From: an uncultured virus (IMG/VR IMGVR_UViG_3300033487_000001)
Lineage: Duplodnaviria > Heunggongvirae > Uroviricota > Caudoviricetes
Length of the DNA: 64,000 bases
Direction: 5' to 3' (one strand)
IMG/VR virus record: IMGVR_UViG_3300033487_000001
Shown: positions 1 through 12,100 of the stretch, in pieces
Layout: each line of letters opens with the position of its first letter
Position numbering within the stretch: position 1 is the first letter of the stretch
Notes under the pieces: model-generated
What the model saw: the letters and a program-made list of their open reading frames with translations, nothing else
The model's database searches: none
Told to the model about the DNA's origin: nothing
Translations under genes and position numbers: made by a program

Positions 1-1059
1 CATCGAGGTCCGTCTTCCAGCGGCGTAGCGTCGCATCGGTCGCATGGCACGTCGTGGTCCACACGCCCGCCAGAATCAGTGTTTTCGTCGGACATCGTCA
101 GCCTCCGAGACGACCCCCCCCCGCACCGGCCCTCGCCGCCGCTAGGCCGCACGTGCATTCGTCGTCGGCATCGTCAAGCACCTGGCACCTGACCCCGTGT
201 TCGCCGTAGACACCGAGCGCGCGCCGCAGCGACTCGACCTGCGCGCGCAACGCGTCTCGTTCGGCCGTGACGTCCGCGAGCGTCGCCGGCCGCGGATAGT
301 ACCCCGACGGCGTCTCTCCGCACACACAGCATGGCCCGTATCCGGCAAGCGCGCATCGGCAGTGGCCGTCGGACGAGCAGGTGGCATATACGTGCGGCGG
401 GTCGTCGTTATCCATGACCGTCGTCCTCCTCAGACAGTGCCGCCAGCCGATCAAACAGACTTTTTAGCTCGTCCATCGTCCATGTGCCAGCGGTGCACGA
501 GCCCTCGATGTGTCCGATGGCCTGAAGCAGCGCGCGCTGATATCGCGGCTCGCGCAGCGGCGCGATCTGGGCGCGGCGCGCATCGCTCTCTCGTTGGGCG
601 GCCATGGCCAACTCGGCGCCGAGCCGCTCTCGCGCCACGCGCACGTACGCTCGGAAGTCGTCGCGCTGCCACTCCGCGGTGCGGCCGAAATCCTCCGGCT
701 CCCACCCGATCGCCTCGGCCATCGCGCGCGCGATCTCGTCGTCGGGCCCGACGGGCCATCCGTCGGCGTAGCGCTCCACGTCGTCCGTCACGTTACAACG
801 TCTCCCGCAACGACGATTACCGTAGCGTACGGACCTCGGTGCCGCGTCAGCTGCGGACGACAACGCTCGCTGAGGTCATCGTCGAGATCGTCATCGGACG
901 CGATGAATGCCGTCTCCTCCCCGTCGTACTCCTCAATCCACGTATACATGTCGTCTCCAAGCTCAAGGTCGACTGGCGCATACGACGGATACTCCACGCC
1001 GATCACCAACTCCGCCTCTTGGTCCATCGTCAACAGCTTCGCGATTGCATCCTTTACCT

Positions 1060-1485
1060 TCACGGCACACCTTCCTTGCTCAAGCGGTTGCGGCGGCTCT
1101 CGCGCGATGGGACACGCGCCGGACCATGCACCACGCACACGATCCCATGCAGCGAGCCGTCGCGCGGAAGCTGTCGTGAGTACACGGGGACGCCGCACGC
1201 CGTCGCGAAGCCGAGCTCTAGCGCGGTGCCAAGCCCAACGTAGCCGTCGGGCGCGTGGAGCCAGACGAACTCTGCGGCGGTGATGGCACGCAGGTGGCGA
1301 GACACCAGCATGGTCGGCGTCGCGCCGGACTCGCCGCGCATGGTCACGAACCCGTCGCACTCAGACTCGGGTTCGACGCTGCGCGGCGACAGGATCGCGC
1401 AGCCCAAGTCGGCGAGTTCCGCGTACGCCTGCTGCAAACCCACCAGGTCACGCCGAAACGACCCGCACAACACGACGTTCGTCAC
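1060..1485 (-). CDS. Nucleoside 2-deoxyribosyltransferase-like (NDT fold) protein
   Basis: N-terminal 'VVLCGSFRR'; 'HLRAITAAEFVWLHAPDGYVGLGTALELGFATACGVPVY' matches the NDT-like G-x-G-T-x-x-E-x-G-x-A pattern. Confidence 0.65.
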   Translation of the reverse strand: MTNVVLCGSFRRDLVGLQQAYAELADLGCAILSPRSVEPESECDGFVTMRGESGATPTMLVSRHLRAITAAEFVWLHAPDGYVGLGTALELGFATACGVPVYSRQLPRDGSLHGIVCVVHGPARVPSRESRRNRLSKEGVP

Positions 1486-4400
1486 GTCGTCACCTCCGTC
1501 GCGGCGAACGCGGCTGCCAGCGCGGCACGGAGCCGCGGCATCGCCACGTCGTTGCGCTCGGCCTGCGCTGCTGCCAGCGTCGCGAGGTCGTCTGCGCTCA
1601 GAATCGCGTCGTCGGCGTCGACGAACGCCCGCGCCGCCGTCACGACGGCCTCGGCCGCGGCGAGCCGGACGCGGAGGCGCTCCAGATCAGCGATACGTGC
1701 GCCGGGAAATAACGGCACGTCGCACAGGTACCCGATCACCTCGGAGAGCAGATCGTCATCCGTCACGTCGCATCTCCGTCGCCGCCCAGCTTGGTCGCAC
1801 GGAGCTCGCACGGCTCGCCGTCCAGCTCGCCGGACGTGACCCACTCGATGCCGGGTTCGCCCTCCGCGCACTGGCAGCACAAAGACAGCACGGGTCGGTT
1901 CCGCGCGATCTGCTTCGCCGCGGAGGGGCTCGACGCCTCGACCTCTGTGTGCACGCTGATCGTGATCGAGCCCGAGATAAGAAATTTCGCCATCGTCAGC
2001 CTCCGTCGTCGCCCAGCAATCCACGCAGTTCGCGCACCTGCCGCTCGATCGTCGCGAGCGCACTCGGCGGTGCGGCACAGTAGTCGCCGTGGTACGGCAC
2101 GTGCTGCCCGCCGCGCCGGTCGCTCGCGCGCCGCGCCTGCCCTACCGAATGCGCCATGTCTGCGAGGTAGCGGAGCGCGGCGGTGATCCACCGTCCCTTC
2201 AGCTCCAGAGACGCAAACAGGACACCGTTCTCGACCCGCAGCCGCCCGTTCTCGGCGAGCAATCGCGTGACATCCGCGTCCAGACTAGCCAGCCTCGCTT
2301 CGAGCACGTTTCGTCGGTTCATTTCGGCATCCAATCGTCAGCCAGCAACGCCGTCAGCCCGCATGTGCAATCGCCGTACATGGCCGACCCGGTGGAGAAT
2401 TGCCAGCGCGTAGGGTCGTTGTCGTCGTCCCCGTACACCTCAAGCACGACGCCCGCAAATGACAAGATACGCTTCTCGCTAGGTGTCAACTCCATATACT
2501 CGCTGCGCGGAATACGGCGTCGCTCTGCGATGATCGGCAGGTCACCGCGACACGCCGGTGCGTGGTGCGCGTACCCGCGAAGCTCCGCAACCTTGGCACG
2601 CAGAACGTCTCGTTCTGCCCGAAGCGTCAGCTCGTTCGGATCCGCATCGTGTGTCACGGCGTCGGCCTCCCATTGCCCACCGGCGCCAGAAGCGCGCGCT
2701 CCGCCGCGTCGCGGAGGGCGTCGCGCTCGGCCTTGAGATCACCCACGGTGTCGCGCAGGACACAGACGTTCAGCTCCGCGACGTGCAGGTCTAACACGTG
2801 CGGGTGTCGCGGGCAGGCTCGCGGGTGACCGCCGCTGCCGCAACGGCACGGAACGTCGGACGCACCGAGTTCGGCGACGAGTGCCCGCGCCGCGTCCCTC
2901 TCCGCCGTCAGCCGCGCCACCTCGATCGCATGCAGTCCCGTCGCTGTCGCCAGATCCGCCCTAAATCCAGACCGCACGTGTTCGGGCAGCGGCGTGCCTA
3001 CCAGCTCGCGCACGCGCTCCGAGTGCGGCGCGTACGCGTCGGCCGCGGTGTCGGCGATGTCCGCACGAGCGTGGGCGTCGCTCGCGCATTCGTCCATCGC
3101 CAGCGCCTCGCAGCGGGCCAGCGCACGCAGCAGGTCGTCGCACGACGCCGTTACCGCAGCGGCGACGCGCCGGTCGACCCACGCGCGGATCGACTCCGCT
3201 AGCCAGTCCATCGCGTCGCGGTCTCCGCTCGCAACCGTCACGTCGCCGCTGTACGACGATCCGTCGTCTTCGTCGGATAGTACCACCTCGTACAACGGAT
3301 TCTGCACGTCCGCCTCAGGACACAACAGAACCCACACGCCCGGAGCAAACTCGTCGCCGCTATCGTCCGTTGCGCTCGTCGGCGCCTCGCCGTCTTCACC
3401 GCTCACAGCTTCACCAGCCTTCCGTCGCAGAGCCGCCGGAGCCACGGATACTCTTTGCCTGTGCCGTCGGTCGCCAGGTAACGCATGTCGTGCGGATGCT
3501 TGCGATACGGTCGTGAACATAGCTCGCATACGCAGTCGCCGCCCGCGCGAACGAAGTCAGGATACGTGTCCCGGTTTCCGGCCTTCACCGAGCGCAGGTT
3601 CACAGCCTCTCTCTGGCTCGTATTCGAGGGCCCACGATACCCTGTCACGGCAACTCCGTGGCTCGGATGCGGCACGCCTCTAGCGCAGCGAGCATCGATC
3701 GAGCGATGTCGTACGCCCGGATGTTGCCGATGATCCTGGCGTCTGGTTGCCACGCGTTGGCACACTCCAGGATCGCCTCCAACACCGCCTTGCACGGTGC
3801 GTTGTCCGTGGGCCCTACGGTCGGCAGCGAGATGGTGCCGTCACGCAGCTTCTCGGCCGTCTCCTCGTCCTGTTCCCGACGGGACAGCTCTTCCTGGGCG
3901 GCGCCGAGCTGCCTGCGCAAGTCGCGCGACCGCTGTTCCTCGGTCTCCAGCATCTTCCTGTAGGCTTCAGACGAGTTATATGTATACGCTAACTGCGCCT
4001 CCTTGGTAGCCAGCTGCAGCTTGGTAGCTTCCAGCCTCTCCAGGAGCTCTTCGACCGGTGTCGCGCGCAGCCGCGCGATCTCTTCCAGCAGCGCCGGCAC
4101 GTGCGCGGCCAGCGTCAGCGCGTCTTCTGTGTCGACCCGCTTTCGCTCGACGCGCGCCCCCAACAACTCGTTGATCGCCACGATCTCGCTGTTCTCTAGC
4201 ATGACTTTGTCTCCTGCGTTGATCACGGTGGGTATACGTGACAGCGAACCAAAACTTCACTCGTCGCCCTCGGACGGCGACTTTGACAACGCGAGCCACT
4301 GACTGCCCCGCGGCCTGACCGTCGCCCTCACGAGCTTGTTGCGCCCGAAGTACGACGCCATCGGGTGGTAGACGTTGACGTACTCGCCGCGCAGCAGGCC

Positions 4401-5002
4401 TCGGCTCACCAGGGCCTGTACGGTGCTGACGTTCTTGCCGTCCACCGTCAGCCAAACGCCGGGACGGGCCGCGAACAACTCCAGCGTCTCGATCTGGCGG
4501 GCGTTTAGCTTGATCTTCTTCAGCGGGTTGTCCATGACGATTCGCCTTTCGCTGCGTCCGACATCGACCACGTGCCGGTCACCACGTATACAGGGTCACG
4601 CGATGGGAGCAGTACAGGCAAACGATCCACTCGCTACCGGTGTCGTAGCCGCACCGGTCAGTGGACCGATCTGTCTTCACGTCCTCGGGGGCGTACTCCA
4701 GCGTCGCGTGGCACGTTCGGCAGAGTACCTCCCGGACCAGCGCTGGCGGCGGATCGATCTTGATCACTCGAACAGTCATGCGTCTATCTCTCCTGCGGAG
4801 CCGTCGGGTGCCTCCAGGCGCCGCATCTCTATCTACGCAGAAACCGCGCGAAGCTTCTACTCGCGATTCTTTTTGGTGGGCATGAGTATTCTATGTGTGA
4901 CGCTGTGAGATTATGTAGTATAAGCTAACCAATTGAAAACCATTGAGTTTTTTGACTTTCTTTTCTCCGTCAGAAACCCATCACCCGCCGCGTCCATAGG
5001 GC

Positions 5003-5221
5003 ATGCAACCCAAAACACGCACCCGCCGCCTCGCCACCGAATACTGCTCCCACTGCCTGAAGCCGATCGCCGGCCACGGGATCTCCGTGGCGGTCGACCT
5101 ACCGGACGTGGACGACGAGATCCTGGTTAAGTTCTGCTCGCGCGACTGCGCCAACGCCGATCGGGCCGAACATGAGTCGTGGCTGGCGCACGGCTGGAAC
5201 GAATTCAAGACGACCGCGTGA
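5003..5221 (+). CDS. Small zinc-binding hypothetical protein
   Basis: CSHC...FCSRDC motifs; only plus-strand ORF in this block, downstream of an AT-rich intergenic region. Confidence 0.5.
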   Translation: MQPKTRTRRLATEYCSHCLKPIAGHGISVAVDLPDVDDEILVKFCSRDCANADRAEHESWLAHGWNEFKTTA

Positions 5222-5254
5222 AGCCTCCACGGCCTAAGTGCCGCGGAGGTTCAC
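5218..5254. terminator. Hairpin between convergent genes
   Basis: GTGAAgCCTCCaCGGC-loop-GCCGcGGAGGTTCAC imperfect inverted repeat spanning both stop codons. Confidence 0.5.
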
Positions 5255-7460
5255 TTCGACTTCACCCACCGGAACCACTGCTGGTACGGCACGCTGCCGT
5301 CGTACGGCGAATATCGCCGCGTGCCGTCCTGCGACATCGACCACTCGTCCAGCATCTCTTCGGGTCTCGCGAAGACCGCGTCTTCGTCGACGGACGCGAG
5401 CAGCACGCGGTTGTGACGACGCGTGGCGCGCGCGCAGTATTGCTTGTCTCGCTTCTGGGACCCGCCGCAGAGGGCGGCGTGTGGACGATGGCGCACGGAG
5501 CGAGTCATGTTGGCGATATTGTAGCGGTCCTGTAGACCAACGGCTACCACTCGTCTACGCCACCGCCCCTGTGTGTGTCTGGTGGCGCAGCCTGTGCCGT
5601 CTTAATGCGTACTGGACCGCTAGCCAGAATAAGCAGCCTGGCCTTCTGTTTGTCGATGGCAGAAATTTTCCGCTGCGCCATGGCCCGCGCCTTCGCCTGT
5701 GCCTCAGCTTCCGTCAAAAACCAATCGCGACGACAGATCCACGTCCTTCGCCCGCCGATCTGCGCGCAGACATACCCGTCGGCTTCGAAAACCGCGTCAT
5801 CCACACGAATGATGCCGGTCGTAAGCGCGTACTTGGTGAACCAAATCGTGGTCTTCGATCCGTCGCCAGACATAGCGTTGTTTGTCATGCTGCGTGTAAC
5901 GGGTCATCGACGACCAAGATTCAATCACTCCCGATTGAATCGATCATTTTGTTGCGGCCATACACGCCGTACACGTCCACACAGCGGACACCCCGACGGC
6001 CTCTGCGCGCCACCCCGCACGCCGTGCTGCCGCAGCCGCATCGGCTCCGTCGCGCGCGTGCGGGGCCTGCGCCGGCACGTCCAGCCCACGATCGGCGTCG
6101 TATCGGCTGCCGACGCACGCGGAGCCGCGCGAGCAGTCGACCCAGTAACACAGATCGTCCGGCTTCATCGACGACCCATGAACGCGTCGGCGCTCACTTC
6201 ACCTCTGCCCACGAGGCGACGGTCTCGATCGTCTTTGCCCTGAGCTTTGCTGCGTATATGCGCGCGTGCTGGAGGCTGTGCTCGGCTCGCTCGGCCTGCG
6301 CGCGCGACCGCTTGGCGTCGCTTTCTAGACACGTTACCCGCGTCGCCAGCCCCGACAACAAACGCTCGGCCAGCTTCGCCAGCGCGGCGTCCAGCGAATC
6401 GGCGTGGACCAAGAACCTCGGATCGTGCGCTCTGCCGTTCAGGTCGCTCTTGTGGCGGATGCAGATCTCAAACACGCCGTCGGAGGCGGTGACGACGGCT
6501 CTGAGGCTGCTGGCCTCGCTCACCTCTCCGGAAAAGAGATCCAACAGCTCGTCGACACGCTTGAACACCAAGTCCATATCGCTCATCGTCTCGCGCTCCC
6601 GTCTTGGTTCATCTGTGCGCGCGTCGCTCGACCAGCCACGGCGACTCCATCAGGCATTCTAGGGTCGGCATCTCCGGCATCCGCTCGCGCAGCGCGTCGG
6701 CGTACGCCGCATCCGTCGCGGGATGCGGCATATAACAACCCACGTCGTTCGCGATCGCACCATGCATGCCGCCGATCAGCACCCGGCACAGGCATCCCAT
6801 GGCTCGCGGATGGCCGCTGGCCATCCACGCCTGCTGCACCGGGTTCTTGCCGCCTTCGCTCCACCTGACCACCCACGCGAGCGACGGCTTCCCGTCGTCT
6901 CGGATGGCCAGCAGCAGCTCTTCGATCGGATCGTCAGACTTCTGCGCGGTCAATCGAGCACCGCGCGCACCTCGCACCGAGGCTCGCTGTCGCAGACCCA
7001 TCCTCCGTCATCGGCGCTATAGCGCCACCCTGCATCCTCCAGCAGCACGCTGGCCGCGTGCACGTCGTGGGCCTTCACGGTTTCGAGGCTACCGCACACT
7101 GCACACGAGGCCACGAACGCGCGCAGCTGGCTCCCGGCCGTCGCCGGCTCGTTCGGCGTCTTCATGCCTAAACCATCATCCGCGCGACCATATTGGTGGC
7201 CTCGTCGACCGCGTCCTGCATATACCGGTGCGTGGCTCCGGCTTTGCTTTCCAGAAACGCCTGACGGTCATCGCGCACCTCGACGACCGGTCTGAGCCCG
7301 CCGGGCGTGTACACGATACTCACCCTGGCGGTCACTGGCTTGTTGTACCGTGTGAAGCCAATGGTCCCCACCGCCAGCTCGGCGTCATGGTAGTCCCACT
7401 TGATGATCGGTCTTTCCACGCGGTCCTCCTGCTTCGGCTCTGACATCGTGCACCCGCTTT

Positions 7461-8696
7461 CTATTCACGCCCGCCGCGCTCAGCAACGCGGAGTGCTCGT
7501 TTGCGCGCCGCGCTCTCGCGGATCAAACGCGACAGCGCCTCCATCTCTTCTTTGGTCGGCTCGGAGAAAAGATGGGAGCGCGGCTCGTCGACCGGTGCGA
7601 GGGGACGTGCGTGGCGCGATGGACGTGGCAGCGGATCGTGCCACGCCGCCGTCTCCGACAGCTGCTCGTGGCGTACCACGTCGACGAATACGTATCCTGC
7701 GCTGGCGGCCAAAAGCCACGGCACGCTGTGGTCGACCGACGTGATGGGCTCGTCTGGTAGCACGCGCGCGCCGGGTATGCGAGTGCTGGAAGCCGCGCTC
7801 GTCGTAACAGGCGCGACCTCTTCGCCGCTGCCGTCCACCACGAACCGCACCCATTGCCCGTTGCACCACCCCACCGGCTCGTCTGCCGCGGCTTCTGAGA
7901 AATGCCTTCGTGGCTGGTCCACCAGCGGCTCGCCGATGGTGTACGAATGCATGCCCTGGGTCCGGTCATGCTCCAGCGGATTGTCCGTCGTCCAGAAAGG
8001 ACGCAGGTCCATCATGATGTGCGACAGCACGTCGCCGATCTGTTCCACTCTGTCGGGCGGCGCCAGACCGCCGTACTCGTGGTCCAGATCAACGAATCGA
8101 TAGAGACCGCGGCGGCCGTAGGTCCAGTGCAGAGTACCAGGCATCAGCCTGTACTCGCGCACCAGATCGAACACGCAAAACCTACGGCGTCCGTCGGCAT
8201 ACCGTACGTCTATGGGTACCTGTAGCACGAAGTCGTAGCGATCGCGATCGATGCATCCTGCGCACAGGGTCGACCCCCAGTCCATGCGTTCTTGGCTGAA
8301 CGCGTCCGGGTCGTTGGGAGGGCTATACATGTCTCCGCATTCGTCGCACGCCCGTTCTGGCCGCGGTGGCGGCGCGTGCCAAGACCGCAGACCGTGATCG
8401 CGTATCCAGGCGCAAACCCTCGTGGCCAGTCTGGCTCCAGGAAAAACAGCCTCAGACTCATCGGCCCAGCTATATACGGCCCGAGTGGAGACGCCTAGCT
8501 CTTTCCCCATAAACGCCGCCGCCATCCTGGCTGGTCCCAGCGCCCTCTGCATCCTTCTGCGGAACTCCTCTGGGTCTATAGGGCATTCGTTTTCTACCGT
8601 GTCTTTCGTATCAGTCGGTTCGTCCATGGCGCTCTCCGTATCAGTGTGGCCGCCCCCCGGCACGGGATTCGTGGGTGATACGCGCATGCTGCACAA
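7461..8696 (-). CDS. Hypothetical protein with N-terminal HTH-like segment and CxxC pair (true start probably the downstream 'MDEPTD' ATG)
   Basis: 'AAAFMGKELGVSTRAVYSWAD' is HTH-like; CDEC...CAGC; GGAG SD upstream of MDEPTD. Confidence 0.55.
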   Translation of the reverse strand: MCSMRVSPTNPVPGGGHTDTESAMDEPTDTKDTVENECPIDPEEFRRRMQRALGPARMAAAFMGKELGVSTRAVYSWADESEAVFPGARLATRVCAWIRDHGLRSWHAPPPRPERACDECGDMYSPPNDPDAFSQERMDWGSTLCAGCIDRDRYDFVLQVPIDVRYADGRRRFCVFDLVREYRLMPGTLHWTYGRRGLYRFVDLDHEYGGLAPPDRVEQIGDVLSHIMMDLRPFWTTDNPLEHDRTQGMHSYTIGEPLVDQPRRHFSEAAADEPVGWCNGQWVRFVVDGSGEEVAPVTTSAASSTRIPGARVLPDEPITSVDHSVPWLLAASAGYVFVDVVRHEQLSETAAWHDPLPRPSRHARPLAPVDEPRSHLFSEPTKEEMEALSRLIRESAARKRALRVAERGGRE

Positions 8697-9009
8697 TCAT
8701 TCAAAACGTCGCGCCGTGTGCCATGTCTGCGTGTCTCCAAGAGGCTGCCTCGGCTCAACTTGGCACAGCCCCTTTCGGCGACCGTGGGGGCGCTGCGCGC
8801 CTCAGGAGAGGCTTGGTGAGTACTCCGTTGCCCACAGGGGTAGCCACGCAGGCTTCGGTGACACGGGCGAGGCGCTGGGAGGCGGCAACGAGCCAAGGCG
8901 AGAACAGGACAGGACCAGTACCCGAGAGTCGCAAGCCGACTGAGCTCATCAATAGAGACCAAGAAAACAGCGTTGTCATATGGAGACGTTTTTGGGTGCC
9001 GTTTTTCGT

Positions 9010-9119
9010 GTCAACACCCCCCTTCTTTTTTTTGTAATTCAGGGTAGGGGGGTGTTGACGACATTCCTCAATGGTTTCCACGATTGGTCCTGGACCCGTT
9101 TGGGGCTGTCAACGCCCCT
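9010..9119. repeat. Perfect 14-bp inverted repeat around an AT-rich spacer plus a third related copy; candidate replication origin
   Basis: GTCAACACCCCCCT (9010-9023) / AGGGGGGTGTTGAC (9046-9059), T-rich 22-bp spacer; GTCAACGCCCCT at 9108-9119; adjacent to the 3' end of the primase-helicase gene. Confidence 0.6.
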
Positions 9120-9151
9120 GAAAAACACCAATGATTTCGCTGAAACGGTTC

Positions 9152-12100
9152 TCATGGCGTCTTTTTTGCGAATTTAGTAACGATTTCCAGCAACTTAGAC
9201 GTGTTTTCCTCGCTAGGCACTCGCATGCCATTCATCCACATCCGTACGGCCTCCCTGCTCACCCCTCCCAGCCGACGAGCCAGCTCCGCCTGTGTGCCAC
9301 CCACCGCTGCCACGGCCGATTCAACCAGCGCCATAGACTCCTGACGAGTTCCAGCGGTCACGACGCCGAAGTCCTGTGGGCCAAAGACCTCGACGCTACG
9401 CAGCTTCCAGTGAGCGCCGCCCGGTAGGTGCTCTCCCACGTGGATCTCGATCAACGGCCGAGTCCGCCTCGGGGCACGACCGCGGCCGTGCACCTGCTCG
9501 CCCTCGGCGCGAGTGTGAGCCGCCGACATCTTTTCGGCATCCGTGCCCACGTACGCCGCGATCCGCGCGACGGCGTCGACGTTGGGCCGGTCGTCGCCCA
9601 GGGTCACGGTGGCGTCGACTTCCTTCCAGTGGTTGAGCCCCCGCATGGCCCCGTAGTGTCCGATGCGCCACTCGCCCGGCCACGACTTGAGCGTCTTGCG
9701 GATCTCGGCACAGAACGCCTCGCGGGCGATGGGATCGAGGCACGCTTGGTCGAGGTCCGGTCCGGCCACCGCTTCGCCCAGCGCGTGCCGCAGGAGCATC
9801 GCGAGCGGCTTGTACGTCGCGAGCCCGGCGACGCGGGCCCACGGCGTGCGCTCCAGGATCTTGATGGCGTACTTCAGCCGCTCGGCGACCTTGCTCGCGA
9901 CCCACTGGCCGTGTTCGTCGCGCATCGCCTTCCGCGACGCCTTGACCAGCACGATGGACCGGCGCACCTCGGCGCCGTCGGCCACGTCGAACGTCTCGTA
10001 GCGCACGGCCGGGGTCAGCGCCTCGATCACCGGCTTGTGGCTCTCCATCGACGCGTCGAGGATCACCAGCCTGGACTGGGTGCTGGACCGCAGCAGGTTG
10101 AAGAGCGGCGGGTAGACGCGCGTCGTCGCGAGCCGCGAGCCCTCGCCCGTGGCTTCGTCGCGACGCACCCAGCACACCGGCACGCCCGCGACGGGCGTAC
10201 CGTCGGTGTTCACGCGCACGTCGGGCGTCTGCTCCAGCAGCTTCCAGAGCGTGTTGAACGTCTTGGAGACGCTGATGATGCGCTCGCGGGTCGGCTGGTG
10301 GTGTTCGGCCATCATCATCACCCGCTCGCGCACGGGGCAGGACGTGTTAGCGTGGGTCGGAGTCGGGGCGTTCGCCTCATTTTTCGGCTCGAAGGCCAAG
10401 CGGGCCGCGTCGATGACCAGCATGGCAGGCTCGCCGGCGTACTCGTCCGGGTCGAGTCCGGCGTGGTTCGCCGCGTTCATCAGCGTCATCGTCGGCAGGC
10501 GCGGCGCGCCCGTGCGCACCATGTCGAGCAGGTCGCGCGGCGCGTCGGCGGGCGTCTCCGGCTCCGTCGGCAGCGCGAGCGCGAGGGCGTGCGCGAGCGC
10601 GCCCATCGTGGCGCCGTAGCGCTTCGTCGTGACGTTTTGGTCGACGACCTCGGACAGCTGCGCGTGCGTCAGCTCCTCGTGGTCGACCACGGACCGCATC
10701 TCGTCGAGCGCGATCACGCCATGTTTGCCGACGTGACCGACCAGCTTGCTCAGCATCCACTGCGTGCCGACCATCACGATGGGATTCTCGTCGCCTTCGC
10801 GCCCGCCGTAGGCCGCGCACGTGTCTCGGTGAGGGCACGGGTGCGTGTTGCGTCCGTTGCACAGCTCGTATGGCACGCTCATCCCGGCGTTGGCCAGTTC
10901 CTTGGCGTAGTCGCCATAGTGGCATTCGAGGCCTTCGTGCGGCCCCGGCACCGACACCGGTGAGAACACGCGCGCGACGCTGACGCCCTTGGCGCGCAGC
11001 GCCTCGTAGTGCTGGATCGCCAGCGCGTTGGAGTTGGTGCCGATCGCCGACTTATACTTGCCGATCTTCGGCCGGCTTCCCGCTCCGGACGCCGCGACGA
11101 GCCGGCGCGCCTCCTCGGCTTTTTCGGCCGCGGCGTCGAGGAACGCCTGTGACTTCCCTCCGCCGCACGTCACCTCGCAGCCCAGCACGCCGGGCTCGAC
11201 CCCGTAGTTGAACAGGTTCTTCATCTGCTGGTAGGCCGCGTCGGCCGACAGCATCTTGGACTGGTCGTCGGCGTGCTTGCCGCGTTCGAGGCTGAACGCG
11301 ACGTAGCGCGCGAGGCTCCCGAACGACTTCTCGAACACCGGCATGCCGGAGATCAGCGAGTCGTTGACGCAGCGACGGAGCGTATCCTCGGCCGTCGTGC
11401 GGTGGTGGGCCGGATCGTTGGCGCCCTCGCGCCGGGCCAGGGCCTCGATGACCGCCGGAATCGCCAGCGGGCCGAGTCGTCCGTCCTTGGCAGGGCCGTG
11501 AAGCAGCGCACCGGAGAGGTCGCGGTAGAAGTAGTGTCGGTTGCCAGACGGGTGACGCTGGATGTACGCGCCGACCTCTTCGATCCACCACGCCCATTCC
11601 TTCGGCGGCTCGGCGTCGAAGTCGTAGTCGATGACGTCGTCGGACGTGTACGCCGTCGCCTCTGGCGAGGCGGTCGCCTCGCCATCTGCTTCGTCCATGG
11701 CCGGCAGCGCCGCGTCCTTGGCCTTGCGCTCCGCAGGAGGCTTCGGCGACTGCGTTGGTTTCGCCGGCTTGACCCGCATGCGACGGCTGAGGATGTCGCC
11801 GAGCTTGACGCCCTCGACGAGGTGCTCCTGGATGTCCTTGCGGCTGAACCCGACCCACTCGCTCACGCGCTCGACGAGCGGTCGCGGGTCCACCGGCGCC
11901 ATGCGCGAGGTGTCGAGCACGCCGGGCGCGTACGTCGAGTACTTCGGCTTGTCCTTGTCCTCGCGGATCACGTGGGGGGCGCGGATGTAGCGCGTCCAGT
12001 CGTTGCACCGCTCGTCGACGCGGATGCCCTCGCGCCACGCCTCCCAGATGCGCAGCGCGATGATCTTCTCGACGAGCGTGATCGACTCGCCGGGCGCCAG

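Larger units (their letters stand above)
98..8696 (-). other. Array of about 20 small, tightly packed, mostly minus-strand hypothetical phage genes (e.g. 408-791, 788-1063, 1482-1766, 1763-1993, 1996-2334, 2319-2657, 2654-3406, 3403-3648, 3645-4226, 4579-4779, 5251-5550, 5544-5888, 6194-6586, 6609-6953, 6950-7165, 7168-7446)
   Basis: Chain of ORFs with protein-like composition, many joined by ATGA/GTGA start-stop overlaps; several have CxxC pairs; no recognisable family motifs. Confidence 0.7.
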
